Shown in pieces: positions 1 to 10,770 of a DNA stretch of 64,000 bases (position 1 is the stretch's first letter; the number at the start of each line of letters is the position of its first letter). Under the pieces are notes generated by a model. It did no database searches and was not told where the DNA came from. It worked only from the letters and a program-made list of their open reading frames with translations. Made by a program: the position numbers and the translations under genes. The stretch is from Bacteroidia bacterium (GTDB taxonomy: Bacteria > Bacteroidota > Bacteroidia > M30B66). The stretch is from positions 1,856,001-1,920,000 of the forward strand of contig OZ257142.1 of assembly GCA_965279035.1 (NCBI GenBank). The letters are read 5' to 3'.

Positions 1-2
1 AA

Positions 3-3000
3 GATGGAGCTGCAGGTAGTGAATCAGATAATACCAAAATTGTTCTCAGAAATTGGGATATAAATGAAGCATCTGCCGGAGGAAGTAATTTAGCAATAAC
101 TACTCAGTGGAATGCTCCAGTTGCACAAACTGGACAAGAAGCAAGCAATTTTGTAAGAGCGGATGCAAGTCGTTGGATTGGAAATTATACTGGTGGAGTA
201 TGGACTCAGAATGCTTCATCTTTAGCAGGTAGTGATCCATATACGTATACGGCATCTGGTTTTACCAGCTTAGGTATTTTTGAACCGGGAATTCAAAATG
301 CATTTTTACCAATTCCTATCATAACAGGCTATTCACCTACATCTGCTTATACTGGTGAAGTGATAACCATTACAGGTTCTAACTTAAATACATTAACCTC
401 CGTAACGATAGGTGGTACAACTGCTGTTCTTACTACACCAGCACCAACATCATCAACTGCTTATTATATTGTTGGTAGCGGAACATCAGGGAATGTTGTA
501 GCAACGAATGCTTTTGGCTCTTTTACAGCTTCAACACCATTTACTTACTTAGGATATATTACCAATAACCCAAGCGACTGGAATACTGGTTCTACATGGT
601 TAGGTGGAAATGTTCCAATTGCGAATGCAACTACAACTGTAAATCACGCGATTACGATTAATGCAGCTGTTGTTAATTCTCCAAATTCGATTACGATCAA
701 CTCTACAAAATCAATCACTTTTGGTGCTAGTGGAGGAGTAACTGTTAATAATACACTCACTAACGGTGGTACAATCGATATGACCTCAGGAGGTGTTCTT
801 ACCATGGCTTCTGGTTCAACATTCGCCAATGGTTCTTCAACCTTTACTGGTGGAACAGGAACCGTTGTATTTGCTGGAACAGGAACTGTTACGAGCGCAA
901 GTGGAGTTCCATTTAATAATGTAACGTTGAATGGTTCTGTCAATCCAAGTGCTGGTAGTTCAATTGCCGGAACACTTCGAGTTAATCAAAGTGGTTCTAT
1001 CAATACCAATGCGTTAAGTTATGGTGCTGCATCTACCTTATTATATAATGGAACTTCAGCTCAAACACCAAATGCATTAGAGTTCCCATCTTCAAGCGGT
1101 CCTGTTAATTTCACAGCAAACAATCCAAGCAATGTGTATCTGCCTTTTAGCAGAACAATTTCCGGTGATTTTAGAATATTGACTGGTACAGTTAGCAACC
1201 TGAGTGGTTCGGCCGTTACTTTAACAATGAGCGGTTCGAATGCAACTCTTGAAGTTACAGGTACTCTTCAAGGTACTGATGTTGGAGCTGGTAACGACAT
1301 AAATCTAATCGTAAGTGGTGCTCTTACCTCCATTACTGGTAGCAACGTTACAACCTTGAAAGTCCTCAATGCAACCGTAAATAGTGGTTCAACCTTAGCA
1401 CTTGCTCGAAGCAATGTAGAGGTTCGCTACGGAGCATTCAACATCAATGGTACTGGTACACTTCGTATTGATGCCAATGGAAATGTTGCTGCATTTGATG
1501 CAAATAGTCGTGTTCCAATTTATGCTTCTACAGCAAACTTGGTTTACAATAGCGGTGGATCTTATGGTCGTTATGTAGAATGGTCAACATTGAGCGGTCC
1601 TGCCGGATATCCTGGAAATGTGATAATCCAAAATGGTACAACGCTGAATATTGGAACACCTTCGACCGATCTTGGAATCTATAGCAACTTGAGCTTAGGT
1701 CAAACTGGATCTGCTGGTTCATTAAACATGCAATCAACACCACAAGGAATTACTGTTGGTGGAGATGTAACAATTGGTAGCAATACTGGAACAAGTACTT
1801 TAACATTATCTACGAATGCATCAAGTCCGGCTCTACGTTTATCAGGAAACTGGAATAGAACTTCGAATGGTGCTTTTGTAGGAACTGGTTCTAATGGACG
1901 AGGTGTTTTCTTCGAAGGTGGAAATGCTCAAACGATCACTGCACCATCTACAGAAACATTTGAGTATTTATTGATCAATAAAACTTCAGGAACTAATGTA
2001 ACATTGAACAGTCCAGTAGTTGTGAATGCAACACTAACATTTACTTCTGGAACAGTAACATTAGGAAGTAATGATTTAACAGCAGCAACTCAAACAGGAG
2101 GAAATGTTACTTCGTATGCAATCACCAATGGTGCAGGTAAATTGAAACTGAATGTTAACAATACCAATATTTTCTTCCCTATTGGACCGAATTCAACTAC
2201 GTATGCTCCAGCTACATTGAATCAGGCTTCAACAGCGGAAGTGATAGGAGTAAGTGTTGCAAATGCACCTTCATACACACCTGCAGTAAACGATAACACT
2301 CAAATGGTAACCTTAGAGTGGAAAATGAATGAGTCGGTTGCTGGATCGAATTCTTTGATGACTCAATTCCAGTGGGCATCTTCTTCCGAAGCAGGTAGCT
2401 TTATTCGTGCAAATGGTGTTTTCCATGGTACATGGAATGGCACTACTTACACAGTTCGTCCAGCAAGTGCTACAACAGGATCGAATCCTTACATTTCTAC
2501 TTCAACTGTAAACTATACATCAACACTTAGCAATCAAAACTTTGTGGTTGGAAACATCAGTGGAATCATTGGTTGTTTCTCTACTGTTGCAAATGGAATT
2601 TGGAATGATGCAAATACTTGGTCAAGTGGAGTAATACCTCCAGGTGGCTCAAGTGTATGTATCAATAATACCATTACAGTTGGTCCGTCCGATCCAGATG
2701 TTACTGCTTTAGGAGTTACCATTAATGCTTCTGGTTCAATTAACTTGGATGTTGCAAGAACATTGACCATTTTAACTACTGGTGCTTTAGTAAACAACTC
2801 CGGTTCAAATCAGAATTTTGGTTTAGGTAGTGTATATGCAAATGGAGTTTTATCTATTGCTGGAGCAAATGTTTTCCTTCTTCCTAATTTAACATTAAAC
2901 GGAAATACTACAGTAACAACATCTCCAACGATTTTATCAAACCTAACCTTGAATTCAGGTGCATTCTTAACAGCATCACCTACTTACGGTTCTAACGCAA

Positions 3001-6000
3001 CCTTGATTTATAATACAGGTGGAAGTTACACTGTGAGCAATGAGTGGACTGGTAATTCGGCTACTCCGGGATTAGGTATACCTAAAAACGTAACGCTTAC
3101 AGGAACTACCTTGAACATGCCTACTAGCGATAGAGGAATTGGAGGAAACCTTAGCATTAGCAGCGGTACGGTGAATATGAATGGTACTTCGGGCGATTTA
3201 TATGTTGGTGGAAATTGGACGCGTGCTTCATTTGCTACGTTCAATCCAAATGGTCGTGCTGTGTTCTTTAACGGTTCTACCAACCAAACCATTTCAGTTA
3301 CTTCAAGCGGTACTGAAACATTCTCTTACTTATTAGTAGCTAAATCGGGAGGTAACTTGATTTTAGATAATACGAATCCGACGAATGTTACAGTAAGTGC
3401 TTCTTCAGGAAATGTGTTACAACTCAACTCCGGAACTACCATTGATTTAAATGGTAACACCATGTCACTCACTGGTACATCTGGAAATGTGAGCCTGCTT
3501 GGTGGAGCAAATTCAGTTATAGGTTCGGCTAATTCTGTATTCGCAATTTCAGGAGGTTTGAAAACTATTGTACCTTCAGGTGGAGCTACACTTAGCTTTG
3601 GATCGAATGTGAAAGTTGCTTTAAGTAATGGAATCAATTTCGGTTCATCCACATCAACCATAAACGGAACATTACAAATTGCTTTAGGTGGATACGTTAG
3701 TGGAAATGCACCTACTTATGCAAGTGGTTCAACTCTACGTTATTTCTCTGGTAGCACTTATGGCCGCGGTTTAGAATGGAGCACGAATTCAGGACCAGGT
3801 TATCCATACCATGTGACTGTTGATCAAAATGGAACAGTTACAACAGCCGACTTAAGTACAGGATCTGCTACTTGTCAACTAGCTGGAGACCTCACCTTGA
3901 ATAATGGAGGAAATATGACAATGGGAGCAATGACGAGTCCATTGATCATTCTTGGTAATGCTGTTATAGGAGGAGCTTCAAGTGGAACATTAACATTAAG
4001 TTCTGCTGCTGGTGGAGATGTTCGTATTGCTGGTGATTTAACCCGCAATGCAGGAGGAACGCTCACTCAAAACGGAAGAGAAGTTGAAATGAACGGTACA
4101 ACTGTTCAAAATATCAACGGAGTAACCAGCTTTGCATATCTAGCAATCAACAATTCAGGTGCTTCTGTTAAGTTAAATGCAAACTCTACCATTAGTAATC
4201 GTTTGCGTTTAACGAATGGTTCATTCGATTTAAATGGACAAACTTGCACTATGGCGAATGGTTCTAAAATCCTACGGATTAATGGAACGATGACAGCTTC
4301 TCCAAGTGTTGCCCCTGGCGATTTGTATGATTTGGAATATCAAGCAAGTGTGGCAAGTAGTTTCGAGTTTATTTCAGCCAATGATGCTGTTCGCGATTTG
4401 ATCATCACTACAGGTAATACATTAACACTAGGTGCTAGTCGCACATTCAACCGAGATTTAACATTGAGCGGTGGTGATTTGAATTTGGCAACTTATACAC
4501 TTACTGCTAGAGGAAATGCTGTGGCACCTTCATTCTCTGGTAGCATTACAGTAAGCGGTGGTGGTACACGAACTATTACTGGTGCTGCAGGTTCTGGTTT
4601 TGATTTCACTGGATTTGGTGCAAATAACCCAACCAAATACACTAAAACAGTATCAACGTTTGGAGGAACACTTCTTAATTTTGATTCGAATGTATTGGTA
4701 CGCATTGGAGATGGTTCAGTTGACTTTGGATCAGGAAGTCCAACTACCATTAACGGAGTCCTTCAAGTATTGCTTGGTGGTTCTGTAGGACAAATTTTGA
4801 ATCCATGTTATTACGGATCAAACTCGATTTTGAGATTTGCTAATACAGTAGATTATCAAGTTGGAGTAAATGATAAAACTTGGGCAAGTGGTTCTATTTC
4901 TTCAGGTAATCCTGGTATTCCATACAATGTGGAGGTAAACGATAACGGAACTGATCTTCAGTTACAGGATACACGTGCATTGAGAAATAATCTAGCAATC
5001 ACCGATGGTACATTTACTTTAACTCCAGCATACACCAGTACGTTCAATATTGGTGGTAACTGGACACGTTCGGGTGCTACTAGCGCATTTAATCATAACA
5101 GCAAAAAAGTGGTATTTGACAAACAAGCCGCTGGTAATCAAACAATCACTGTTAGCTCAGGAGTTACTGCCGAAACATTCTACGACCTAGAAGTTTCTCC
5201 TGTAACTGGTAATTTGCAAGCTGGATCTTCATCCGCCTTGAATGTGTTGAATACGCTCAATTTCGTAAGTGGTAAATTGGATATTGGAGCAAATCGCTTA
5301 ACAATTGGAACCGCATCAGCAAACGGTAGCATAACAAATGCAAGCAGTTCGATGTATGTCATTTCGAATGCAACTGCGGGTGGTGGTAATATTCGCCGCT
5401 ACACAAATACAAACGCAACATTCGACTTCCCAGTAGGTGATGCTGGTGGATATAATCCGGTTTCTTTAACATTGAGCAATGGTGGACAAGCTGGTGCTTA
5501 CATTACTACTACAGTAGTTTCAGGAATGCATCCAAATATGACGGCTCCTGCACCAACGATTTACATTGCACGTTACTGGTCAGTAGAACCAACTGGATTA
5601 GCTACGAGTCCTGTTTACGACATCAACTATACTTACATTACTGGTGATGAAGTAGGCGTAGGAACCATGTACCCTGTTAAATACAGTACAGCAACAGCAA
5701 CTCCAGGATGGCAAAGTTGTCCAGGCTCTTTAGCTGCTGCCGTTACAGGAACTGCAGGTGGTAATAACGTTCCAACAAAAACGTTCTCATGGACTGGTTT
5801 AACAACCTTCTCCGATTTCTCTGGAGCTGGTGATGGTTCACCTCTTCCAATTGAATTGTTAAACTTTACTGCTACTCCAAAAGGCGAAGTTGTGGTGTTA
5901 GATTGGTCAACTGCTTCAGAGATTAACAATGATTACTTCACGTTAGAACGTTCTGATGATCTTGTTAAAATTGAATCAGTTGGTAAAGTAGCTGGAGCTG

Positions 6001-6395
6001 GAAACAGCACGAATATTCTCAATTACACGTATTCTGATAAAATGCCTTTGAGTGGAGTAAGCTATTACAGATTACGCCAAACCGATTTTAACGGAAGTAC
6101 TGAAGTGAGTGATTGGGTTCCAGTTACATTTAACAAAGGCAATACGGCTTTAGATTTTGGTTTCTTCTTAACTAATCGTGGTGAGAACTTCCTTCAATTT
6201 GGAATTGCCAATACAGCACCTATCACTTCATTAGAAGTTATTGATGCAACAGGTAGAGTGATTGTGAATGAGGTGTTTGAAACAAGAAACAGCAATACAA
6301 GCAAAACGCTTTACATGCCTGAAATTGCACCTGGTGTATATTTCCTTCGTGTTCAAAGTGGCGGACAACAGTTAATTCGCAAGTTTGGCTGGTAA
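3..6395 (+). CDS. Giant T9SS-secreted surface/adhesin-like protein (5'-truncated by window edge): IPT/TIG domain, beta-helix-like repeats, type A CTD
   Basis: Frame is open from nt 3 (DGAAGSESDNTKIVLRNWDINE...), so 360 is not the start. IPT-like PIITGYSPTSAYTGEVITITGSNL; repeated TYGxxSTLxY..EW and GNWxR motifs; C-terminal PLPIELLNF...YYRLRQTDFNG and PGVYFLRV..KF typical of T9SS cargo. Confidence 0.85.
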   Translation, partial: DGAAGSESDNTKIVLRNWDINEASAGGSNLAITTQWNAPVAQTGQEASNFVRADASRWIGNYTGGVWTQNASSLAGSDPYTYTASGFTSLGIFEPGIQNAFLPIPIITGYSPTSAYTGEVITITGSNLNTLTSVTIGGTTAVLTTPAPTSSTAYYIVGSGTSGNVVATNAFGSFTASTPFTYLGYITNNPSDWNTGSTWLGGNVPIANATTTVNHAITINAAVVNSPNSITINSTKSITFGASGGVTVNNTLTNGGTIDMTSGGVLTMASGSTFANGSSTFTGGTGTVVFAGTGTVTSASGVPFNNVTLNGSVNPSAGSSIAGTLRVNQSGSINTNALSYGAASTLLYNGTSAQTPNALEFPSSSGPVNFTANNPSNVYLPFSRTISGDFRILTGTVSNLSGSAVTLTMSGSNATLEVTGTLQGTDVGAGNDINLIVSGALTSITGSNVTTLKVLNATVNSGSTLALARSNVEVRYGAFNINGTGTLRIDANGNVAAFDANSRVPIYASTANLVYNSGGSYGRYVEWSTLSGPAGYPGNVIIQNGTTLNIGTPSTDLGIYSNLSLGQTGSAGSLNMQSTPQGITVGGDVTIGSNTGTSTLTLSTNASSPALRLSGNWNRTSNGAFVGTGSNGRGVFFEGGNAQTITAPSTETFEYLLINKTSGTNVTLNSPVVVNATLTFTSGTVTLGSNDLTAATQTGGNVTSYAITNGAGKLKLNVNNTNIFFPIGPNSTTYAPATLNQASTAEVIGVSVANAPSYTPAVNDNTQMVTLEWKMNESVAGSNSLMTQFQWASSSEAGSFIRANGVFHGTWNGTTYTVRPASATTGSNPYISTSTVNYTSTLSNQNFVVGNISGIIGCFSTVANGIWNDANTWSSGVIPPGGSSVCINNTITVGPSDPDVTALGVTINASGSINLDVARTLTILTTGALVNNSGSNQNFGLGSVYANGVLSIAGANVFLLPNLTLNGNTTVTTSPTILSNLTLNSGAFLTASPTYGSNATLIYNTGGSYTVSNEWTGNSATPGLGIPKNVTLTGTTLNMPTSDRGIGGNLSISSGTVNMNGTSGDLYVGGNWTRASFATFNPNGRAVFFNGSTNQTISVTSSGTETFSYLLVAKSGGNLILDNTNPTNVTVSASSGNVLQLNSGTTIDLNGNTMSLTGTSGNVSLLGGANSVIGSANSVFAISGGLKTIVPSGGATLSFGSNVKVALSNGINFGSSTSTINGTLQIALGGYVSGNAPTYASGSTLRYFSGSTYGRGLEWSTNSGPGYPYHVTVDQNGTVTTADLSTGSATCQLAGDLTLNNGGNMTMGAMTSPLIILGNAVIGGASSGTLTLSSAAGGDVRIAGDLTRNAGGTLTQNGREVEMNGTTVQNINGVTSFAYLAINNSGASVKLNANSTISNRLRLTNGSFDLNGQTCTMANGSKILRINGTMTASPSVAPGDLYDLEYQASVASSFEFISANDAVRDLIITTGNTLTLGASRTFNRDLTLSGGDLNLATYTLTARGNAVAPSFSGSITVSGGGTRTITGAAGSGFDFTGFGANNPTKYTKTVSTFGGTLLNFDSNVLVRIGDGSVDFGSGSPTTINGVLQVLLGGSVGQILNPCYYGSNSILRFANTVDYQVGVNDKTWASGSISSGNPGIPYNVEVNDNGTDLQLQDTRALRNNLAITDGTFTLTPAYTSTFNIGGNWTRSGATSAFNHNSKKVVFDKQAAGNQTITVSSGVTAETFYDLEVSPVTGNLQAGSSSALNVLNTLNFVSGKLDIGANRLTIGTASANGSITNASSSMYVISNATAGGGNIRRYTNTNATFDFPVGDAGGYNPVSLTLSNGGQAGAYITTTVVSGMHPNMTAPAPTIYIARYWSVEPTGLATSPVYDINYTYITGDEVGVGTMYPVKYSTATATPGWQSCPGSLAAAVTGTAGGNNVPTKTFSWTGLTTFSDFSGAGDGSPLPIELLNFTATPKGEVVVLDWSTASEINNDYFTLERSDDLVKIESVGKVAGAGNSTNILNYTYSDKMPLSGVSYYRLRQTDFNGSTEVSDWVPVTFNKGNTALDFGFFLTNRGENFLQFGIANTAPITSLEVIDATGRVIVNEVFETRNSNTSKTLYMPEIAPGVYFLRVQSGGQQLIRKFGW

Positions 6396-6415
6396 TATTA
6401 GAATCGAATCCATTG

Positions 6416-6447
6416 AAAAAGCCGTCCTAGTTTGGACGGCTTTTTTT
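6416..6447. terminator. Bidirectional intrinsic terminator
   Basis: AAAAA-GCCGTCC-tagttt-GGACGGC-TTTTTTT between convergent genes. Confidence 0.9.
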
Positions 6448-6626
6448 ATATGTATTCATTCAGCAATTACTCCATTGAATAGATAAAATCAATGCATGCT
6501 TAGGAATTAGATGATTCTAAGTATGATTGGGAAGTAAAGGATTTGATGAGATAGTTCCTTTTATAGAGTCATTCTTTTTCTTAAAAGAATGCTTTAGATC
6601 GAAGGAAATGAATCGAGCTCTTATTC

Positions 6627-7157
6627 TTATTTGATTCCTTCAAATTCAAACTGAAACTTAGTGGCAAATTTTTCCTGTGCTACACTTAGTTTTTGATTTA
6701 AGATTTCCTCTTGAGAGCGAACACGTTCTACAATTAGATTAAGCTTAGTTATATCCCCATCGGAAGCTGTATCCCCCTTTAAAAAAATATCAATCATTTC
6801 TTTGTATTCATGATGGAATACATTGTTATAAAACTGCAGTAAATCAATCGCCGAGTTTCTTAGTAAGGAATCACCTTCATAGTCGCTTAGTTGATTGAGC
6901 ATTGCTAATGAAGAATCGGAACGAGTGACCAATGCATGATATTGAAGCAAAACTTCTTGTTCTGTTCCATTATCGAAAGCATCGGTCAATTTAACCATGT
7001 TTCGGATGGTTGCATTCTGATGATCAACAATAAAATCGTTGTATTCTACTGGGGTGTAGAAAATTATTTCACCCGCATGAGCTCTTTTAGGGGAGCAGGA
7101 GGGAAGTAAAAGGACGATACAAACGCAACAAAACAGCGATGAAGCAACCTTGATCAT
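6627..7157 (-). CDS. Hypothetical all-alpha lipoprotein
   Basis: Likely start MIKVASS at 7157; hydrophobic stretch ending LLLPS-C lipobox; helical mature region. Confidence 0.65.
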   Translation of the reverse strand: MIKVASSLFCCVCIVLLLPSCSPKRAHAGEIIFYTPVEYNDFIVDHQNATIRNMVKLTDAFDNGTEQEVLLQYHALVTRSDSSLAMLNQLSDYEGDSLLRNSAIDLLQFYNNVFHHEYKEMIDIFLKGDTASDGDITKLNLIVERVRSQEEILNQKLSVAQEKFATKFQFEFEGIK

Positions 7158-7210
7158 GAATTCAACATCTTCGATGGCAAAACTACTCAAAAGAGTGGCT
7201 TAATATCAAT

Positions 7211-7246
7211 AAAAAACGCCCTGTTCCTTTGTTAGGAACAAGACGT
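7211..7246 (-). terminator. Intrinsic terminator of the 7275..8087 gene
   Basis: Minus strand ACGTCTTGTTCC-taacaaa-GGAACAGGGCGT-TTTTT, fully paired with G-U. Confidence 0.8.
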
Positions 7247-7274
7247 ATTTGAAAACAGGTATGTTGAATGTTTT

Positions 7275-8087
7275 TTATCTCGAAACGTTAAATTTCTTAA
7301 CGATATCGCCAGTTGAAGTATGAATTCGAACAAAATAAACTCCAGCACTAATTCCTTCTAATGAAAGTTGTACTGGAGAACCATACGTTGCTTCTGGGCG
7401 ATATTGCTGAACCAAACCTCCTAAAGCATTCATTACTGTTATTTGAGAAACTGTTCCCATTGATTCTGGAATTCGAATAAACAAATTGCCATCACGAACA
7501 GGATTTGGGTATAATGTTAAATCAGATGAAACCGTCGAAGAATTCGTTGTGTTTGAAATATCCATACGATTCTCAAGAACAGGACTTGTTAATTCGATAT
7601 TGGCATCTACTGTATTTCCAGTTAATCCTCCATCTGAAATAACAGCATGTGAGATTCTTGGTTCAACGTCTGTCGTAGGATTGGTATTAGCTTGAAATAC
7701 ACCTGAAATATTATCAACTGTAATATAATGTACAGTTAATAGTTGAATGCGAACAGTTGGATTGTATGAATATGGACGAATGAATGGACGAACATTTCCA
7801 CCACGAATAATAATGTCAACGTCCACTTTCCCATCTTTAAACTGAGAAATTTTCATGTCCTGTGCAGGATTCTCTTTCGGATTAAGAATCTCAATGGCTT
7901 CAATTCGTTGATCAGTTAAAATCTGAAGTGAAACATGCAAATCACGCGAACCATCATAGGTTCCATCGTTTGGTATCGTTATAAACACCGGTGAATTCCA
8001 TGTTTCTTCTTTGCCTGCCTGCAGGTTTAAGGTTTGAAAGGATGCTAGTGCAACCAATACGACTCCAAGAAAGTAGCTACGGTTCAT
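7275..8087 (-). CDS. T9SS type A CTD protein with an unrecognised N-terminal domain
   Basis: Signal peptide; CTD LTLYPNPV...AGVYFVRI...VKKFNV; -7 element TATATTTG at 8111-8118 (minus). Confidence 0.85.
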   Translation of the reverse strand: MNRSYFLGVVLVALASFQTLNLQAGKEETWNSPVFITIPNDGTYDGSRDLHVSLQILTDQRIEAIEILNPKENPAQDMKISQFKDGKVDVDIIIRGGNVRPFIRPYSYNPTVRIQLLTVHYITVDNISGVFQANTNPTTDVEPRISHAVISDGGLTGNTVDANIELTSPVLENRMDISNTTNSSTVSSDLTLYPNPVRDGNLFIRIPESMGTVSQITVMNALGGLVQQYRPEATYGSPVQLSLEGISAGVYFVRIHTSTGDIVKKFNVSR

Positions 8088-8342
8088 AACGGTGTGTTTT
8101 AGTGAATAATCAAATATACGTTAAGATTTTAACCTGACACAGAACACTAATCGATCAGTATCGGAATAATTTAGCAACGAAGTTTTCGTCAACTTAGTTT
8201 TCCTTAATGTTTAAATGCCACATTTCCAGCAGTATATAATTTGTTACTGAGGGCAATTTTATCGGAATTCTCTAAAAACACAATTTTTTAAAGTAGGTCG
8301 ATGACGTTCAGAATCGTCTATTTTTGTTCACAGACACGTGGT

Positions 8343-9779
8343 ATGCAACAGAGTAAACTCATACAGTTACTGAAATCCCTTTCCAAAAAGGAATTCAAGG
8401 AATTTCAAGGCTATGTGTCTTCGGAGTTCTTCAATAAGAATCAGCAGTTGATTCGTTTGTTAGATCATTTATCACATTACCAAGGATATTTCGATACTTC
8501 CAAACTCGATAAGGAAGTATTCTTTAAGAAGCACTATCCAACCGAAAAACTGGAAGAACAAAAATTTCGCTACTTACAAAGCGACCTCACCAAATTACTT
8601 GAGGATTTTATTGCCTATTCGCAATACAGTAAAGACAATTTTCAACGGAAATACTTTTTACTTGAAGCACTCAATCAGCGAAATCAAGACAAATATTTTC
8701 TTCAGGAATTGGATGCTATCAAAGAGCAGAACGACAATTCACCGTTTCGCGATTCTGTTTATTATTTCAACCAACATAAGATTAGCGAGCTTTCCTATCA
8801 ACATACTTCTGAAAAACGAAACAGAGCTTTTGACTCTTCCCTTCAAGAAGTCATCGATAATTTAGAAATTACCTACCTCGCTCGTGGGTTTCGTTATTAC
8901 TGCGAAATGATCAATCGTCGTAATATTCTCAGCGTTGAATACAACCTGAGTTTTTTTGATGAAATGGTGAAATACTTGAACAACGCCATTTTTGATTTCG
9001 TTCCTGCAATTCGAATTTACCGTTTAATTCACAAGGCCTTAACCGAACCTGATAATCAGGAGAATTATGAAGAGTTGCTCAAATGTTTGAACGAAAACTC
9101 TCATTTATTCAGCAAAACCGAACAAAGAGGCATGTACGTTTTTGCTCAAAATTATTGTATCAAACGTATCAATCGTGGTGAACCTGGCGCTTTGAAACAG
9201 ATTTTTGATTTGTATCAAGCAATGGTTGATCGGGATTTGATCTACGAAGGTAATTATGTGAGTCAGCCCGATTTTAAAAACATTGTCACAACCGGTTTGC
9301 GATTGGGAGAAGTAGAGTGGGTGAGTGGTTTTATTGAAGAATTCCGTGGCAAACTCAATCCTGAATTTAGTGAAAACGCCTTCACATATAGTATGGCTTG
9401 GGTGCATTTTACACGAAGAGAATTTGATAAAGCGCTTCGGATGCTTTTACGTGTAGAATTCAATGATGTGTATTATCACCTTGATTCGAAATCGCTATTG
9501 ATGAAGGTGTATTTCGAAATGGAAGAATTTGACGCATTCTTTTCTTTGGTAGATGCATTCAAAATATACCTACGCAGAAATAAATTCATTTCAGAGTTTC
9601 AACGTGAAACATATCATAACTTCATCTTGCTTCTCAATAAACTGATGAAAGTAAAATTGAGAAACAATGCAATGTCATTGGCTTTGCACGAAGAAGTATG
9701 TTCGACAAAACCAGCAGCAGATTTAGTTTGGCTAAAAACTAAATCAGAAGAGCTGATGAAAGTTGCTAAACTGACTTAA
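8343..9779 (+). CDS. Conserved hypothetical cytoplasmic alpha-helical/TPR-like protein (SKLIQLLKSLSKKE..F..YVSSEFFN type)
   Basis: TATTTTTG -7 element at 8319-8326 favours ATG 8343; no signal peptide; helical-repeat C-terminal half. Confidence 0.75.
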   Translation: MQQSKLIQLLKSLSKKEFKEFQGYVSSEFFNKNQQLIRLLDHLSHYQGYFDTSKLDKEVFFKKHYPTEKLEEQKFRYLQSDLTKLLEDFIAYSQYSKDNFQRKYFLLEALNQRNQDKYFLQELDAIKEQNDNSPFRDSVYYFNQHKISELSYQHTSEKRNRAFDSSLQEVIDNLEITYLARGFRYYCEMINRRNILSVEYNLSFFDEMVKYLNNAIFDFVPAIRIYRLIHKALTEPDNQENYEELLKCLNENSHLFSKTEQRGMYVFAQNYCIKRINRGEPGALKQIFDLYQAMVDRDLIYEGNYVSQPDFKNIVTTGLRLGEVEWVSGFIEEFRGKLNPEFSENAFTYSMAWVHFTRREFDKALRMLLRVEFNDVYYHLDSKSLLMKVYFEMEEFDAFFSLVDAFKIYLRRNKFISEFQRETYHNFILLLNKLMKVKLRNNAMSLALHEEVCSTKPAADLVWLKTKSEELMKVAKLT

Positions 9780-9849
9780 TCATCGAACTATTCATTGAAT
9801 TCAACAACTTTCTTTTACTTACATTGTTCATTGCATCTAATCTAAACGT

Positions 9850-10698
9850 ATGAAACATTCAATCACTTTCGTTTTTGCCTTTTTTCTCGCAACATTCGGA
9901 TCTGTTCAAGCACAAAAAAGCTGTTGTACTCAACCCATTCAAGATGGATCAACAGAAGCTTTAGCGATGAACGCTTCTTTTCAGGCAGCACATGAAATTC
10001 CATTGCCTTTGAATTATGCTCCTTCAATAGGGAAAATGATCACCTATAAAGCTGCCGATGGACAAGCTGCCAATGCCTTTATTGTTCCTTCTGCAAAACC
10101 TTCAAATAAAGTGCTTATTCTTTGTCACGAATGGTGGGGTTTGAATGATTATATCAAACGCGAAGCGGAAGAATGGAGCAAAGAATTGGGTATTACAGTC
10201 TATGCTGTTGATTTATACGATGGCAAAGTAGGAACTACGCAAGAAGAAGCTGGTGCCTTAATGAGTAAGTTAGATCCCAAACGAGCTAGTTCCATTGTTA
10301 GCGGCTTGCTTAGTTATATTGGCACAGTAAAAGAAATTGCCACATTGGGTTGGTGTATGGGTGGAACTTGGTCTTTTCAAACCGCTTTGCTTGCGGGAAA
10401 TGATGCTAAAGCCTGCGTGATGTATTATGGTTTTCCTGAACAGGATGCCGCTAAAATCAAAATGCTAAAAACGGATGTCTTGTATATTTATGCTTCGCAA
10501 GATGATTTTATAAAACGTCCAGCAGTAGATGCTTTTGCTGAAGCCATTGTGAAAGAAAGTGGACGTAAAATTACCGTTGTACCTTTCGAAGCGGTTCATG
10601 CTTTTGCCAATCCAAGCAATCCGAAATACAATTCAGAAGCTTCGGCAATTGCTAAGAAACTAGCTGTAGCTACAATTAAAAAAGGTTTAGGGTTATAA
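9850..10698 (+). CDS. Dienelactone hydrolase family protein (exported)
   Basis: HEWWGLN, nucleophile GWCMGG, catalytic HAFANP; signal peptide. Confidence 0.9.
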   Translation: MKHSITFVFAFFLATFGSVQAQKSCCTQPIQDGSTEALAMNASFQAAHEIPLPLNYAPSIGKMITYKAADGQAANAFIVPSAKPSNKVLILCHEWWGLNDYIKREAEEWSKELGITVYAVDLYDGKVGTTQEEAGALMSKLDPKRASSIVSGLLSYIGTVKEIATLGWCMGGTWSFQTALLAGNDAKACVMYYGFPEQDAAKIKMLKTDVLYIYASQDDFIKRPAVDAFAEAIVKESGRKITVVPFEAVHAFANPSNPKYNSEASAIAKKLAVATIKKGLGL

Positions 10699-10713
10699 GT
10701 AACCATTCAAATC

Positions 10714-10753
10714 AAAAAAAGCCCTCTCTGTAGTATCGGAGAGGGCTTTTTTT
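10714..10753. terminator. Bidirectional intrinsic terminator
   Basis: A7-GCCCTCTC...GAGAGGGC-T7 between convergent genes. Confidence 0.9.
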
Positions 10754-10770
10754 ATGCTTTTATTTGACGA

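Noticed and set aside
644-5929. Many short antisense ORFs within the giant genes (also at 38657-39706, 42295-49627, 52331, 57045)
   Set aside because: Shadow frames caused by Gly/Ser/Thr/Asn codon bias; no motifs and fully nested
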